A stretch of DNA of 63,996 nt, counting the filler, from Porpidia crustulata (Eukaryota): NCBI GenBank assembly GCA_964255105.1. It is 6 parts of 6 records of this genome, joined end to end, with 100 filler letters (N's around TTAATTAATTAA, not from the genome) between each part and the next. Parts side by side here need not be neighbours in the genome. Positions count along the whole stretch, not along the records: positions 53,694 to 63,996 come from CAXUWE010000793.1; 5 more parts are not named here. The stretch is one strand, 5' to 3'. This document shows positions 62,495 through 63,996 of this stretch, in pieces. Position 1 is the stretch's first letter. Each line of letters starts with the position of its first letter. A program made the position numbers and the translations under genes. The notes under the pieces are model-generated. The model worked only from the letters and a program-made list of their open reading frames with translations. It did not search any database and was not told the DNA's origin.

Positions 62495-63996
62495 GTTTGT
62501 AGCAATTACAGCTTCGATTCTGGCACCCCGAGATCTATAGATATACTATAAGAAATATATAACCTGTATTTGGTGCTGCGAAAGTCGTACAAATGATCAT
62601 GAATGGAATTCTAACCAAGTCTAGCCATCACCGTGACCACCACCACCACCACCATTACACAACATTTTAATTATTTAGGTTTAAAGCTGCATGTCCGGCT
62701 GAACCCTATCGCCAAATACCAACGGCAGTGCAGAACAACAATGCATCGTCTAAGCACGTTGTATGTCCATACCGGGCGTCAGCGGTGCGCCCTGCATAAC
62801 CGATATCCAGTCAATTGCTTTCAATGTCCAGTCTCTCGGCAACTATACCGAATGTTGCCCAAATAAGCGATAAATCATTGGCAGTCCTCGCTTGAGGTCA
62901 AGCATATAAGAAAAGTATACCTAATAATTGCTTCTTTTATATCATTTTCATTATCGCTGTACATAGGTACCGGATATTTAGTGGAAACAGACGAGATCCG
63001 GAGTACATCGCTGCGGCTTCCCAGGAACTCAAAATATATTACCCGATAGTCGCATGCCCTGCGTCAGCCCAGTTCCGGATTATCTCCTAGCCCATCGTCC
63101 ACTCTCGGATCCTACGTGGCGTGTCCTGCTCACCAGAACATCCACTTTTCATCATCAGCATGCTTTCCTTTGTAAAGGATTGATCGTGTTCATGAATTTT
63201 ACAGCTGTCTTCCTAAATAAGCCGCGCGTCGTCATCCGCAGTTTCGTTTCCATGGTCAACTCCTTTGGCTTCGTGTCACCCTTCTCAATATTCAGTGGTA
63301 CGATGCGAAAGTTATGGATCACGAGTCACGGGTCACGCAGTCGCACCGAATGTGGTCAGTATCTCAGCTTCTGGTGACTACGTTGTTCCCGATTGTACTG
63401 GTACCATTTTCAGCTCTGCCTGCCTGATTGTCCTCTCCTTGTAGGTATCAAGGTCATGATGTGAAAGCTACGGTGTGCGGTAGGACCTTTTTGGACATAC
63501 CCTTGAGCCTCGTTTCCCATCGACTGGAGATCTCCTCAGTGTTCCATTCTCTGATTATTACCGCTTCTGTCTCAATTTAGTTTCTTACATACCGGATCCT
63601 TTAATTTTGGTATTCCTGAGCACATGCTGGCAGCTTCAGTTGAAGTTTGGCCGAACATTCGAAGCGCTATTAGAAGACATGTCTTTCATCAGGAGCAATG
63701 AGCGAGAAATTGCTAACCTGTGAACGCACTGCTGCCATACACCGGTCCGGACCTGTACAGCAACCCCCCATTTCACCCCCCTCTCCCCACTCTCGTTTCC
63801 TTCCAGTATCTCGTCCCAACCTGTCCCCAAAATATGAAAATCAAATAACCACCCACATCCTCCCCAAACCCGGTTTCATCAATGCCGCAACAGACCTCGA
63901 ACCCCGCATCGCTCGTCCTAACAGGAAAGAGTATCTAGCATAAGCGACGAACCGAAACCTACTACTCAACGGATCGGTAAGGCTGTAGGTGGAGTG

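Overview
Fungal (Pezizomycotina ascomycete, possibly a lichen-forming Lecanoromycete; taxon is inference only) genomic DNA with short GT-AG introns. It is not one locus. Six unrelated contigs of about 10.6 kb, sorted by decreasing size, are joined by an artificial 100-nt spacer (44 N + TTAATTAATTAA + 44 N). Recognisable genes: Est1/SMG7-type protein with an N-terminal C2H2 finger, NAM8/NGR1-like RRM protein, HeLo-like/ankyrin gene with two in-frame stops, a 6-Cys small secreted protein, LYS1, GCP6, ERG5, VPS35 (truncated), FTA2-type kinase-like gene, two PD-(D/E)XK-like nuclease genes, RPN5 (truncated), NIPSNAP, an ascomycete laccase, and several secreted, GPI-anchored or membrane proteins. 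Most notable: (1) an accessory contig with a head-to-head kinase-like/nuclease-like pair plus a second nuclease-like gene, a candidate toxin-antidote or drive module; (2) an array of alternating hairpins upstream of VPS35; (3) alternative 3' splicing of NAM8/NGR1, giving either an immediate stop or a 14-nt microexon plus a 73-aa tail; (4) a 311-bp tract with no CC/GG, suggesting non-canonical RIP-like mutation. All gene models were built by eye; no searches were run.
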